Source of the DNA: Hemiscyllium ocellatum
Taxonomy: Eukaryota
DNA length: 64,000 bases
NCBI RefSeq assembly: GCF_020745735.1
Contig: NC_083431.1
Span: forward strand, 24,022,496 to 24,086,495
Direction: 5' to 3'
The notes below the pieces were generated by a model that saw only the letters and a program-made list of their open reading frames with translations, was not told where the DNA came from and did no database searches. The position numbers and the translations under genes were made by a program. This document shows, piece by piece, positions 22,939-36,978 of this stretch. Numbering within the stretch: the first letter of the stretch is position 1; every line of letters begins with the position of its first letter.

Positions 22939-25401
22939 CTTTTTTAATTTCAAAAATATACTTTATTCATAAACATATTTTGATATCTATATAATTGGTG
23001 ATGCCATTCATATGTATACATTGCATTTCTTTACATATAGAGATCGGACTTAATTGTTTGTATATACAAGTCTGTATGTTAACCATGCAGATGTTTAGCT
23101 GAGGTATCAGCGGAACCCGATTATTGAGTGGGCCCCTGTTCTTCTTAAGCAGGCAGACCATAAACGGTGGTCTTTCTCCACCGTGCCTTGGCAGCAGCTC
23201 CCCCAAGCTTCAGCGCGTCCCTCAACATGTAGTCCTGGACCTTGGAATGTGCCAGTCTGCAACACTCAGTCGGGGTCAACTCCTTCAACTGGAAGACCAA
23301 CAGGTTTCAGGTAGACCAAAGAGCGTCTTTTACTGAATTGATGATCCTCCAGGCACAGTTGATGTTCGTCTTGGTGTGCGTCCCGGGGAACAGACTGTAG
23401 AGCATGGAGTCCTGTGTCAAGAGCTGCTCAGGACGAACCTCGACAAACACCTCTGCATTCCTCTCCAGACTTCCTTTGCATAGGCACATTCCAGAAGGAG
23501 GTGTGTGACAGTCTCGTTCCCTCCACAGCTGCTTCGAGGGCAGCATGCAGTGGGGCAGAGAGTCCGGGCGTGCATGAAGGATCTCACCGGCAGAGCTCTT
23601 CTCACCACCAGCCAAGCCATGTCTTGGTGCTAGTTTGAAAGTTCTGGCGATGAGGCATTCTTCCAAATGACTTTGACAGTCTGCCCAGGGAACTGCTCAA
23701 CAGGATCCGCCCTCTCCTTTTCCCGAAGAGTCTCAAGGACACTACGTGCTGACCACTTCCTGATGGACTTGTGATCAAAGGTTTGTTTTCTTCATAAACT
23801 TCTCCACAAAGGACAGGTGATACGGAACAGAGCAACTACTTGGATCGTTTCACGGCAGCAAGGCCAGGCCCATCCTTCGCAAACCGGGGACAGGTAGAAC
23901 CTCAGTACGTAGTGACACTTGGTGTTTGCGTACCGAGGATCCACGCACAGCTTGATGCAGCCACACACAAAGATGGCCATCAGGGTGAGGGTGGCATTAG
24001 GTGTGTTTTTTTCCCTGTTGCCCAGATCTTTATTCGGACCCGGTCCATCTTTGATCTCCACATAAAGTGGAAAATGATCCAGGTGACTACGGCAGCACAG
24101 GTTCTGGGAATAGGCCAGACCTGTGCCACATATAACAACTGATGACCAGGTTTTTACCTGCGATGGAGAGTGACCGTTGCTCCTATCTGCCCAGTTTCTG
24201 CCTCACTTTACTGATATGCTCTTCCCAAGACTCGGCGCACGTCCCAGCCCCTCCGAACCAAATACCCAGCACCTTCAGCTGGTCTGTCCTGACAGTGAAG
24301 GGGATAGAGGATTGGTCGGCCCAGTTCCCGAAGAGCATGGCCTCGCTCTTGCCTCGGTTTACTTTAGCCCCCGAGGCTCGTTTGAACTGGTCACAGGTGC
24401 ACACGAGTCTGTGCACAGACAGCGGATCCGAGCAGAAAACGGCGATGCCATCCATGTACAGGGAGGCCTTAACCTGTAGGCCTCCGCTGCCATGAATAGT
24501 CACCCCTCTCAGACTCACGTCCTTCCTGATGGACTCGGCAAATGGCTCTATGCAACACACAAACAAGGCAGGAGAGAGAGGCCAGGAGAGATCTGACTGG
24601 GAAGCTTTCTGATTCCCATCCATTGATTGAGTCTGCACTGACAATGTTGGTGTGGAGCAGTCAGATCCAATTGCAGATTCCCTCCCCGAAGCCCATTTTG
24701 GAGAGAACATCTCTCATATACATATGTGATGTCCTGTCAAAGACTTTCTCCTAGTCCAGGCTGATGAGGCAGGTGTCCACCCCCCTGTCCTACACATAGG
24801 CAATCATATCCCTGAGGAGTGTGAGACTCTCAGCGATCCTCCTGCCCGGTACAGCACAGATTTGTTCTGGGTGAATCACCGATCCCAGAGCAGACCTGAC
24901 CTGGTTGACGATGACCTTTGACAAGATTTTGTAGTCTATGTTTAATAGTGAGAGTGGTCTCCAATTTCTGATTTCCTCCCTTTCCCCCTTCAGCTAGTAG
25001 ATTAGGGTAATGATGTCTTTCCTCATAGATTCGCTCATGGTACTTGCCAGAAACCTACTGACATACACCTCCAGCAGGTCCTGACCAATCAAGTCCCACA
25101 CAGCAGAATAGAGCTCGACTGGTAAGCCATCACTTCCAGGAGTTTTATTCTTTTCGAAGGACTCGAGGGCCTTGTTCAGCTCATTCAGAGATAGTGGCTG
25201 GTCCAGCCTCTCGCGTGTTCTGTCGTCTAAGACCTCCATGATAGAGGACAGGAACGACTGAGAAACCGCGCTGTCAGTTGGCTTCGAGTCATACAGACTG
25301 GCATAGAAGGATTTGCTGATCCTCATGATGTCAGCCTGAGATGAAGTTACCGAGCTATCTTCTTCCTTCAGGCTGCTGAGCACCTTCCAGAAGAAGAAAC
25401 A
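22939..25401 (-). mobile_element. Tx1/L1-clade non-LTR retrotransposon, 5'-truncated ORF2 (RT + C-terminal zinc finger)
   Basis: Motifs KTPGSDGLP, LSPALFVCCIEP, LYMDG and C-x-C…ETVTHLLLEC. AATAAA and A-rich tail at the left end. 11-bp TSD tcagggtcatt at 22928-22938 and 25402-25412. Confidence 0.88.
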
Positions 25402-26424
25402 TCAGGGTCATTTTGGCTACTTTCCTGAGGCCAAGTACCACTTTCCCAGGCAGTGCTAGGCAAGGGCAACAAGTGTGATGGACCAAGAGAAATCCATTAG
25501 GAATGTGGTTACTGCACTCACTCCCTCCCCAATATAAATTACATGCAATGTATTGGGTGAGAAAATCGAGATTTGTGTCTACAAGAACTTCCTGGGGTGT
25601 TTTTCCTTTGTTGTAAATATCCATCTGTTTTAAATATTCAACCAACTTTATATCAGTTAGATTATTGTACTGTTATCAGTGTCTTGTCTATATTATTACT
25701 GTTGTGCTACTTTATCTCTGTATCACTCTGTGGGAGTAGCTTCTCGCTTGTAGGAGAAATCAGAGTATTTTTCCACTTTCTGAATTAATACAAGAACGTG
25801 ATGGACACATAATGTATTTTCTAAATAAGAAATTTACCTTAATAATTTATTCTCAAACATTTTGGGAAGTAAAGATTTGACCCTGCATATGGAAACTACA
25901 ATATCTCCGTGAATATCAGCTTTTAGGACAATGTGGAACATCTGGAATAAACATCCTGGAGAAATATTGGGCTTGAAATGTTAACCCTGATTCTCTCTCC
26001 CCAGATGCTGCTTGGCCTACTGAGTTTCTCCACCACTTACTGTCTTTATTTCAGATCTCCAGCTTCTGCAGTGTTTGCTTCTACTATATTAGAATATTAA
26101 TATTATTGGAGTGATTAACTGATAGATAAAATGAAAATAAATGGAGACCAGCTTGATTGTGAAACCAAAGAGGGTATATTGTAAATGATTTGATTAACAC
26201 AAGATTAAATGCCCTCAAATAATCATTAAACAGAAAAACCCATTCCCAACTCATGAAAGTCCAGTAGGTGGCACTCATGTGATAACATTGTAAAGATAAA
26301 TTTATCAATTACATCATCTAAATGCAAAAACAGTCACGAGAAACAGATAATACTTGACATTTAAATAGGCAATGTTTTATTAATTCAATTCTTCTACTGC
26401 TGATTGTTAAGAGATCAAATAAAC

Positions 26425-29400
26425 TTAAATCATGACATGATAAACAGATCAATTTAATAATAACTTGACATTGTAGAAGAGATAGACACAGTCATTGACT
26501 ACAGGCACTGTTTAGTGTGCTGAGATTTTGGCAATGTACATTCACATTAAAAAGAAAGTGTGTTTATATTTAAGGTAATGTTGTCATAGTCCTACTAGAC
26601 CATAGGGCTGATCTTATTAGAGAGAGATGACAGGTGACGGTTTAACCTAAGGGTCACTACTCCTCAGGTGAGGAGAGAAATTAAGAAGGACAGTCCATCC
26701 TAGTAACGGCTGCCCGTTCAGAAATTGAACCCACACTGTTGGTGTCATTTGGCATTGCAAAACAGCTGTCCAACCAACTGAGCTAACCAACTCCTGCTAG
26801 ATTAAAGGATAAAAACAAAAAAAACTGCAGATGCTGGAATCCAAAGTAGACAAACAGGAGGCTGGAAGAACACAGCAAATCAGGCAGCATCAGGAGGTGG
26901 AGAAGTCAACATTTCAGGTATAGCCGTTCTTCAGGCATAGATGTGGGGGTAGTGGGAGGTACAGATAAAGAGGGGGGAATTGGTGTTCGGAGAGTAGGAG
27001 AATGATGGACACAGGTAGTGGGTATGACCTGGTTGGTTGATGGGAGGGATGAATCCAGTTGGTAACTGGAAGGAAGAGTCAGTAGGTGGAATGGAAAGAA
27101 GGAGGAGGGGCTGGAAAGGGAGCCAGGGGATGGATGGGAAGTTTATTTGAAATTTGAGAATTCAGTGTGAAGTCCTTCGGGCTGTAGACTGTTCAGGCAG
27201 AAGGTAAGGTGTTGTTCCTTCAATTTGCAGTCTGATTCACTGTGGTAATGAAAGAGGCCAAGGATGGACATGTCAGAGAGGGTGTAGGCGGGGAATTGGA
27301 ATGGGCTGTGTTGGAGAGGGTGTGGAATAGGTCAATCATAATGCAGGCAAAGACATTTAAGGACCTCTTTCTTAACGCCCAGCAAAGACACTTTCTAGTG
27401 ACAAAAAATACTCTAGGGGAAGGATAAACCATCTGTGGCTAACAAAGAAAATTAAAGTTAGTACCAAATTAAAAGAAAATGTATACAGTTCTTGAAGATT
27501 TTTGATGGGTCAGTAAATTGGGTAAATATAAATCAAGCAAGCATGGAAATAAGGAGGGAGAAATTAGAATATGAGAGAAAGCTAGCTACAACTATAAAGA
27601 CTGATAGAGTGAAGCAATCTCACAGCAATCTCATAAGCTCTGCAATTCTGCTGTGAATGGTAACAGACAATAAAACAATTCACTGGAGGAGGAGTTCCTA
27701 CAAATATTCCAATCCTCAATGATGGGACATTACAATACATAAATGCAAAAGACGAGGCTGAAGCATTTGAAACGATTTTCAGCTCACAGTATAAAATGGA
27801 TGATCCACTGCAGCTTCTTCTCGAAATCCACAGCATCACAGATGCCAGTATCATTCAATTAGATTAACTTCCCTTGATATCAAGAAACAGCTGAAGGTAC
27901 TGGACACTGCAAGTGCCATGAGCCCTGACAACATTCCAGCAATATTACCGATGACATGTCTTCCAGAACAGGCTGTGCCCTTAACCAAGCTCACTTACAA
28001 CACTGGCATCTTTCTGATAATGTAGAAAATTGCCCAGGAATGTCTGTTCATGAAAGCACTATCAGTCTACTCTCAATTATCAGAAAGTAATGAAAGAAGT
28101 TGTCTTAAACATTATCAGTGCGGTTTGCTCACTGATGCTCGGTTTGGGTTCTGACAGAGCCCCTAAGCTCCTGACCTCACAGCACACAAGTGCAAAACAA
28201 AACCCATCTCAAACAAGAGGGAATCTGACCAACTTCATTGTGGCATCACCATCACTGAATTCTCCAATGTCAACATCCAGGGGGTTACTATTGACCAGAA
28301 ACTGAAAGGAACCAGCTATATGGATAAAGTGGCCACAGGAGCAGGTCAGAGACTAGGAATTTTGTGACAAGTAAATCACAAAAGTTTGAAAACATGTACT
28401 AACAGATTCAAGAACAGCTCCTTGCTCTCTAATATCTTGTTTATAATCACCTCTCATATATTAGAGTTGATCATTCCCTGCACCTTCTCTATCACTGTAA
28501 CACTATATTCTATATTCTGTTCTATTACCCTGATGTCCTTAGGTAAGGTATAGTTTGTCTGGACTGCAAACAATGCCTTTCACTGCATCTCAGCACATGT
28601 GACAATAATAAATCAAATCAATACAAAACAAATCTCCTAACTCCCCAAAGTCACCATTTAAAAGCACAAGTTAGGAGCATAATTGAAAACTCTCTAATTA
28701 TTTGGATAAGTGCAGCTCCAACAACACTTGAGAGTACAATACCAACCAGGATAAAGCAATTCACTGCTTTGGCACCCAACCCTCATTCTTCAAAATTTAT
28801 TCCCTCACCCCTGATGCACAATGCAGCAGTTTGTACCATCTACAAGATGCATTGTAATGACTCACTAAGATTCCTTTGACAGTACTTTCAAATCTGCATC
28901 TTTACCACCTGGAAAGCTCAGGGCAGCTGATGTCTGAAAGCACCACCATCAGCTACTTCTCCTTCTACAGCATGAAATCTTGATGTGGAACTATTTTGTG
29001 ATTCATTCCCTGATACTGAGTCCAAATTTTGGAACTTCCTTTCAGTAGCATTGAGATAGATGTGTAGTCACTCACAAATAAGGTAAGCAAAGAGCACTTA
29101 GATTAACATAGATATTATGGGTGAAAAATACAGGCTGGAAATAAAAAATTCTGAAGACCAGAAGTCCAGATGCGCAAGAGGGAGTTAAATTTCTTTTCAC
29201 AATTCTTTTGATTTTAGCAACGATGTCATACTTCTGTCTCTAAAGCAGTGGTCAGTTTTCAATTTGATAGTTGATCAGGTGGACTTAGGTCTTTTGTATC
29301 AGAATTATTTCTATTAAGTTTCTTGTTTTCTTTTGTCTTTCTACTCAGACAGAGAAAAGGGAGAAAGATGTTTTCTGCTTGCTGGTTCTGTATGGTGCAG

Positions 29401-29610
29401 GCTCCACTGCTCCCACTGGTCTATTGATACTGCCCTCACAGTATCCAGTTCCTTAAGCTGTTTCTTGATATCAGAAACATTTACAATTCAAACAACCTGA
29501 GGGCTGTCGCTAGGCAGTTTTTCCTCTCCAGGCAAAATTTCCTGGTGTCACTCTGACTTGATAATATTATGATCTTGCTGCTCCAAAAGCAACTTTGTTT
29601 TGTACAGTTA
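26425..29610 (+). repeat. Left (derived) copy of inverted segmental duplication, block order A-B-C-D
   Basis: Reverse-complement similarity to ~29990-32985 in unique AT-rich flanks as well as in shared TE junctions. Confidence 0.8.
26811..27325 (-). mobile_element. Penelope-like 3' fragment inserted only in the left duplicate
   Basis: Same architecture as 7027-7560 and 42172-42690; the empty site is at ~30795-30815. Confidence 0.65.
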
Positions 29611-29989
29611 AAAAACACATGACCTGATTTTCATACAAGTTGCACATCTAACTTGCTATTTCAGCATTATAACAACGTTCCATTTCAATTTCAGTCTATA
29701 GTTCAAAAAGGAAAAAAATATGGTTCCTTACATCTTTTATTTATAATGATTTCTTTAGCGAAGACAAATGCAAGATATCAGTTTCATTCATTTACCACTT
29801 CCTTATTTTCCATTATTAATTCCAAAAACTACCACCCTAGAGGACCAAAACATACTTTAATAATAACTTCTCTTTTTAAGCACTTTTAGAAACTCTTATT
29901 TTTTTATATTCATGCAGCACTATTGGGTAGGCCAGTGTTTATTGCTAATCCCTAACATCCCTTGAGAAGTTGGTAGTGAGCTCCTTCTA

Positions 29990-32985
29990 AAAATGCTGCT
30001 GTCCATGGAGGGTCAGTGCACACTCCAGTGCTGCTGAAAGGAAATTCCAGAATTTGAACCCAGCAGCAGTGAAGGAATGGCAGATTAGTTCCACATCAAG
30101 ATTGTACGCTGTAGGAGGGAAATTAGCAGGTGGTGGTGCTTTCACATCCTTTATTGCCCTTAGCCTTCGAGATGGGAAGGATGCAGGTTTGAAGGTACTG
30201 CCAAAGGACTCTTGGTGAGATGTTACTGTCCTTGCAGTATCCAGTTCCTTTAGGTGTTTCTTACTATCATAAAAAGTTAATCTAATTGACCGGCATCTGT
30301 GATAATGCTGATCCATAGAGGATGCTGCAGTGGAACAGCTATTTTATACTTCGAGCTGAAGATTGGTTCAAATATTTCATCGTTGTCTTTTGCATTGATG
30401 TGTTCTGATGCTCCATCATTGAGGATTGGGACATTTGTCGAACCTTCTCCTCCCATGAATTATTTTATTATTTGCTACCATTCACGGCAGGACTACAGAA
30501 CTTCGATCTGATCTGTTGGTTGTGAGATTGCTTCGCTCTGTTTATGTTTATAGCTATAGCTAGCTTCCTCTCATACTCATTCTCTCCCTCCTTATTTCTG
30601 TATTAACCATTCGTTGTTTTAATATTCTGTCCAATCTTCTAACCTGTCCAAAATCTTCAAGAATTGTATGCAGTTTCTTTTAACTTGTTACGAGCTTTAA
30701 TTTTCTTTGTAACCTCTAGATGGTTTGTCTTTTCCCTGGAGTACTTTTTGTCAGTAGAAAGTGTTAAAAAAGAGCTCGTTAAAGTCTTCGTCTGTATCCC
30801 TTCTGATCTATCCTTTAATCTAGATGGAGTTGGTTAGTTCAGTTGATTGAACAGCTGTTTTGCAATGCAGAATGATACCAACAGTGTGAATTCAATTACT
30901 GAAAGGGAAGTAGTTAGCTGGATGGACTGTCCAGCTCTCACCACCTGAGGAGTGGTCATCCTTAGGTTACCTTACCACCAGTTGTTTCTTTCTAATAAGA
31001 GAGCAGCCCTATGGTTTGGCAGGACAATGCCAACTTTACCTTTAATATAAACTCACTTCCTTTTTAATGTATGCCGCCAAAATCTAAGCAGACCTAACAG
31101 TATCTGCGGTAAAAAAACTGTGTTTATCTTACACTTACACCAAACACCACCAACTTCATCAGCAGGGACAATGTCGTCAAGCTAGTGGACCTATGCCTTA
31201 CCACCCACTTCACCTTCAGCAACAAAACCTACAGGCAAACCAACAGAATGTCCATGGGATCTCTGATATCAGGGTTCTTAGCAAAGGCAGTAATGCAGAG
31301 ACTCGAACAAACAGCTCTGCCAACCATCCAACCCAGACTTTGGGTCCGCTAAGTGGATGACACCTAGACATCACTAAACAAAATAAATTACAGGCAACCT
31401 TCAAGGTCATTAATAATACTCTTACAGGCATAAAATTCACTAAAGAGGAGGAAAACAATAACAAACTGCCATTCCTAGATGTCGCAGTAGAGTGAACAGC
31501 CAATGGGGACCTTCAAACTAGCATCTACAGGAAAACAACACATACTGAACTACAGAAGCAATCATCCCAACATTCACAAACAAAGCCGCATTAGAACATT
31601 ATTTCAACGAGCCACCACACATTGCAGCACAGTGGTACTACGAAGAGCAGAGGGAAATCACCTATACGGTGTATTCAAAAAGAACGATTACCCAATGAAC
31701 ACAGTCCGCAGATTTTGCAGCAACAAACCCAAACAAGCAGACAAAATGCATCCAGAAATCCTAGCCATTCTCCCCTACATCAAAGACATCTTGGAAATGA
31801 CTGACATGCTACTCAGACCTTTTGGCATCATGGTAGCCCACAAACCCACCAACACACTAAAACAGCAGCTAATGAACTTGAAATACCCTGCAGACAACAA
31901 GCAAAACTAATGTCATTTACAAAATACCTTGCAAGAATTGTAACAAACACTACATTGGACAAACAGGTAGAAAACTCGTCACCAGGATACATCAACATCA
32001 ACTAGCCACAAAAAGGTATGACTCAATCTCACTAGTATCCTTACATACAGATAAGGAAGGACACCATTTTGACTAGAACAACACATTCATCCTAGGACAA
32101 GCCAAACAGAGACATACACACGAATTCCTAGAAACATAGCGTCCCAACTGGAACTCTATAAACAAACACATTGACTTGGATCCCATTTACCAATCCCTGA
32201 GAAAAAGAACAGGAAATGATATCACAACAGGAAATGATACCACCAAAGGAAATGACGTCACCAACCCAAGGAAACCTAAACACATAAATAAACAGCGGGC
32301 CATACCACCAGTGCTTCACCGAAGGCTTACTAATGATGTTACCTAGTATGGAGACGAAACATCTGAAAACAAACCTTCCAGCTCAGCCAGAAAACTTACA
32401 CTCAGAACCTCAACCTGAGCTACAAATCTTCTCAGAACTCACTAACTATGTCTATCTATTCGATAATGTCAAGTTATTATTTAATTGATCGGTTTGTCAT
32501 GTTATGATTAATTGTACAAAACAAAGTTGCTTTTGGAGCAGTGAAATTATAAAATTATCAAGTCAGTGTGACACCAGAAGATTTTGAGTTAAGGAAAACT
32601 GCCTGGTGACAGCCCTGTTTCAACTGTAGGTTGCTGCAGACCTGTGGGAGCAGTGGAACCAGCAAGCAGGAAACATCTTTCTCCCTTATCTCTGTCTGAG
32701 CAGAAAGATTAAAAAAACAAGAAATTTAACAGAAGAAAATTCAAATACATGAAAAGATCTAAGTCCACCTGATAATGATCAAACTGAAAATCAACCATTG
32801 TTTTAGAGACAAGAGCATGTCATCATTGCTAAAATCAAAAGAATTGTGAAAAGCAATTTAACTCCCTCTTGTGATCTGGACTTTTGGTCTTCATAATATA
32901 TTTTTCCAGCCTAGAGTTTTGACCTATATGTCTATGTTAATCTGACTGTTCTTTGCTTGTTTTTTTTCGTGAATGATTACACATA
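29990..32985 (-). repeat. Right (source) copy of the duplication, minus-strand order D-A-B-C
   Basis: See the finding at 26425-32985. The LINE in block C keeps its 3' end, and the interrupted CR1 resumes at ~29750-29900. Confidence 0.8.
31130..32443 (+). mobile_element. Penelope-like element (RT C-term + GIY-YIG), parent type of family C
   Basis: LPFLDV, LNYRSNHPNIHK and NVIYKIPCKNCNKHYIGQTGRKL motifs; decayed hammerhead at ~32328-32365. 14-bp TSD aactgtgtttatct (31116-31129) / aactatgtctatct (32444-32457). Confidence 0.88.
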
Positions 32986-32986
32986 T

Positions 32987-33453
32987 AAGGATGTTGCCAG
33001 GTTTGGGGGATTTGAGCTATAGGGAAAGGTTGAATAGGCTAGGGCTGTTTTCCCAGGAGCATCAGAGGCTGCGGAGTGACCTTATAGAGGTTCATAAAAT
33101 CATAAGGGGCACGGACAGAGTTAAGAGACAAGGTTTTCTTCTCTGGGGTCAGGGAGTCCAGAACTAGAAGGCATAGGCTTAGGGTGAGAAGGGAAAGATA
33201 TAAAAGAGACCTAAGAGGCACGTTTTTCACACAGAGGATAGTAGGTGTATGAGCTGCCAGAGAAAGTGGTGGAGGCTGGTACAATTACAACATTTAGAAG
33301 ACATCTGGATGGGTATATGAGTAGGAAGGGTTTGGAGGAATATAGGCCGGGTGCTGGCAGTTGGGACTAGATTGGGTTGGGATATCTGGTTGGCATGGAC
33401 AAGTTGGATCGAAGGATCTGTTTCTGTGCTATACATCTCTATGACTCTATGAC
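32987..33453 (+). mobile_element. CR1 3' end fragment
   Basis: RMLPGL…RLRSDLIEV and a (ctctatga)n tail. Confidence 0.85.
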
Positions 33454-33770
33454 TCGCTTTGGGGGTTTAAAAGGGTATGGCCTAAGTGAGTAATTGATAT
33501 CTGATCCTTTCTTTTTCCATGCCAATTGTTAAATATTAAGTATGTTTAGAAATAGAGATATTTTCCTTTTAATGATGACCTGGTCAGCATATATTTTGTC
33601 CTGAATACCAGTCTGTCAGGTAAATTGATCATCTTGGTGGTTTATTTGGGTATCTACACATTTGTGATGGCTTATGGAAAAGTAGGTCTTGATTATCTGT
33701 GCACTCTTTCCAGTTAAGTAATATGAATCGAATGAACTAATTACAGGGACCAGGGAAACAGTACTGGGGA

Positions 33771-36700
33771 AGTTATAGAGTCATAGAGATGACAGCATGG
33801 AAACAGAACCTTAGGTCCAATTCATTCATGCTGACCAGATATCCTAACCTAATCTAGTCCCATTTACCAGCACTTGCCCCATATCCCTCTAAACCTTTCC
33901 TATTCATATACCCATTCAGATCCCTTTTAAATGTTGCCATTGTATCAGCCCCCACCACTGCCTCTGGCAGCTCATTCCATACATGTGTGTGTTTTCTGTG
34001 TGAAAAAGTTGCCCATTAGTTCTCTTTTATATCTTTCCCGTCTCACCCTAAACCTATGTCCTCTAGTTTTGGACTCCCCCACCCCAGGGGAGTCTATTTA
34101 CCCTATGCATGCCCCTCATGATTTTATAAACCTCTATAATGACCCCCCTCAGCCTCCCATGCTCCAGGGAAAACAGACCCAGCCTACTCAGCCTCTCCTT
34201 ATATCTCTTATTTTCCAACTCTGGCAACATCCTTGTAAATCTTCTCTGAACCCTTTCAAGTTTCACAACATCCTTCTGACTGGAAAGAGACTAGAATTGC
34301 ACACAATATTCCAAAAATGGCCAAACAAATGTCCTGTACAGCAACAACATGACCTCTCAACTCCTGTACTCAATACTCTGACCAATAAAGGGAAGCATAC
34401 CAACTGCCTTCTTCACTATCCTATCTACCTACGACTCTACTTTCAAGGAGCTATGAACCTGCACTTCATGTCTCTTTGTATAGCAACACTCCCCAGAACC
34501 TTACCATTAAGTGTATAAGTCCAGCTATGATTTCCCTTTCCAAAATGCAGTACCTCACATTTATCTAAATTAAACTCCATCTGCCTCTTCTCAGCCCATT
34601 GGCCCATCTGATCAAGATCCTGTTGTAATCTGTGGTAACCTTCTTTGCTGTCCACTACACCTCTAATTTTTGCGCAAATTTACTAACTATACCTCTTAAG
34701 CTCATATCCAAATAATTTATATAAAATATGAAAAGTAGAGGACCCAGCACCGATCCTTGTGGCACTCCACTGGTCACAGGCCTCCAGTATGAAAAACAAA
34801 CTCCATCAACCTCTGTGTTCTATCTTTGAGCCAGTTCTGTATCCAAATGGCTAGTTCTCCCTGTATTCCATGAGATCTAACCTTGCTAATCAGTCTCCCA
34901 TGAGGAATCTTGTTGAACGCCTTATTGAAGTTCATATCAATCATGTCTATTGCTCTGCCCTCATCAATCCTCTTTGATACTTCTTCAAAAAACTCAATCA
35001 AATTTGTGAGACATGATTTCCCATGCACAAAGCCATGCTGACTATCCCTAATCAGTCCTTGTCTTTCCAAATATGTGTAAATTTTGTCCTTCAGGATTCT
35101 CTCCAACAACTGGACCACCACCAACATCAGGCTCACTGGTCTATAATTGCCTGGCTTTTCCTTACTACCTTTCTTAAATAGTGGCACCATGTTAATCAAC
35201 CTCCAGTCTACTAGCAGCTCACCTGTGACTAACGATGATACAAATATCTCAGCAAGAGGCCCAGCAATCACTTCTCTAGCTTCCCACAGAGTTCTAGGGT
35301 ACACCTGATCAGGTTCTGGGGATTTATCCACTTTTATGCATTTCAAGACATCTAGCACCTCCTCCTCTGTAATATGGACATTTTTCAAGATGTCACCATC
35401 TAGTTCCCTGCATTCTATATCTTCCATGTCCTTCTTCACAGTAATACTTGTTTAGTATCTCCCCCATCTCCTGCAGCTCCGCACATAGGCTGGCTGCTGA
35501 TCTTTGAGCGGTCCTAGTTACCCTTTTGTCCTTAATGTATTTATAAAATTCCTTTGGATTCTCCTTAACTGTATTTGCCAAATCTATCTCCTGTCCCCTT
35601 CTTGCCCTCCTGATTTCCCTCTTAAGTATCCTCCTACTGCCTTTATACTCTTCTAAGGATTCACTCGATCTCTCCTGTCTATACCTGACATATGCGTCCT
35701 TCTTTTTTTGAACCAAAACCTCAATTTCTCTAGTCATCCAGCATTTTCTATCCCTACCAGCCTTTCCTTTCACCCTAACAGGAATACACTGTCTTTGAAA
35801 TTCTTGTGATCTCATTTTTGAAGGCTTCCCATTTTCCAGTTATTTCTTTACCCGCGAACATCTGCGCCCAATCAGCTTTTGAAAGTTCTTGCCTCGTACT
35901 GTCAAAATTAGCCTTCCTCCAATTTAGAACTTCAACTTTTATATCCAGTCTATCCTTTCCATCACTACTTTAAAACTAATAGAATTATAGTCGCTGGCCC
36001 CAAAGTGCTCCCCTACTGACACCTCAGTCACCTGCCCTGCCTTATCTCCCAAGAGTAGGACAAGTTTTGCACTTTCTCTAGTTGGAACATGCACATAATG
36101 AATCACAACATTTTCTTGTACACGCTTAACAAACATGTCTCCATCTAAACACTAAACACTATGGCAGTCCCAGTCTATGTCTGAAAAGTTAAAATCCCCT
36201 AACATGACCACCCTGTTATTCTTATAGGTAACTGAAATCTCCTTACAAATTTATTTCTCAATTTCCCGCTGACTATTAGGGGGTGTATAATATAATCCCA
36301 GTAAGGTGATCATCCCTTTCTTGTTTCTCAGTTCCACCCAAATAACTTCCCTGGAAGCATGTCTGGGAATATCCTCCCTCAGCACAACTGTAATGCTATC
36401 CCTTATCAAAAATGCTATTCCGCCTCCTCTCCTGCTGTCCTTTCTGTCTTTCCTGTAGAATTTGTGTCCTGGAACATTAAGATGCCAGGTCTGTCCATCC
36501 CTGAGCCATGTTTCTACTTTGACATCCCAGTCCCATGTTCCTAATCATGCCCTGAGTTCATCTGCCTTCCCTGTTCGGCCTCTTGCATTGAAGTAAATGC
36601 ACTTTAATCTATCAGTCCAACCTTGTTCTCTGCTTTGTCCCTACCTGCCTGACTGTTTGACTAACTCCTTTTCCCAACTGTACCAGTCTCAGATTGCTGT

Positions 36701-36978
36701 CTTTCATCACTATTCCACCGAGTCCCAGCCCGCCACCTTACTGGTTTAAATCCTCCCGAGTAGCTCTAGCAACTCTTCCTGCCAGTATATTAGTCCCCTT
36801 CCAAATCAGGTGCAATCTACCCTTCTTGTACTGGACACTTCTACCCCAGAAGAGATTCCAATGATCCAAAAATGTGAATCCTTTTCCCTTGCACCAGCTC
36901 CTCAGCTGCTCTATCCTCCTATTCCTACCCTTATTAGCTCATCGCACTGGGAATAATCGAGATATTACTATCCTCAAG
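33771..36978 (-). mobile_element. CR1 LINE, 5'-truncated (end of ORF1, APE endonuclease, RT)
   Basis: ORFs 34774-35439 (PGNYRPVSL, QHGF, FNKAFNKIPH) and 35939-36136; CR1 microsatellite tail at 33771. Confidence 0.9.

Noticed and set aside
25355-25645. 96-aa ORF next to the Tx1 element as a hidden gene
   Set aside because: No recognisable domain, it runs into the TE, and there are no convincing splice sites.
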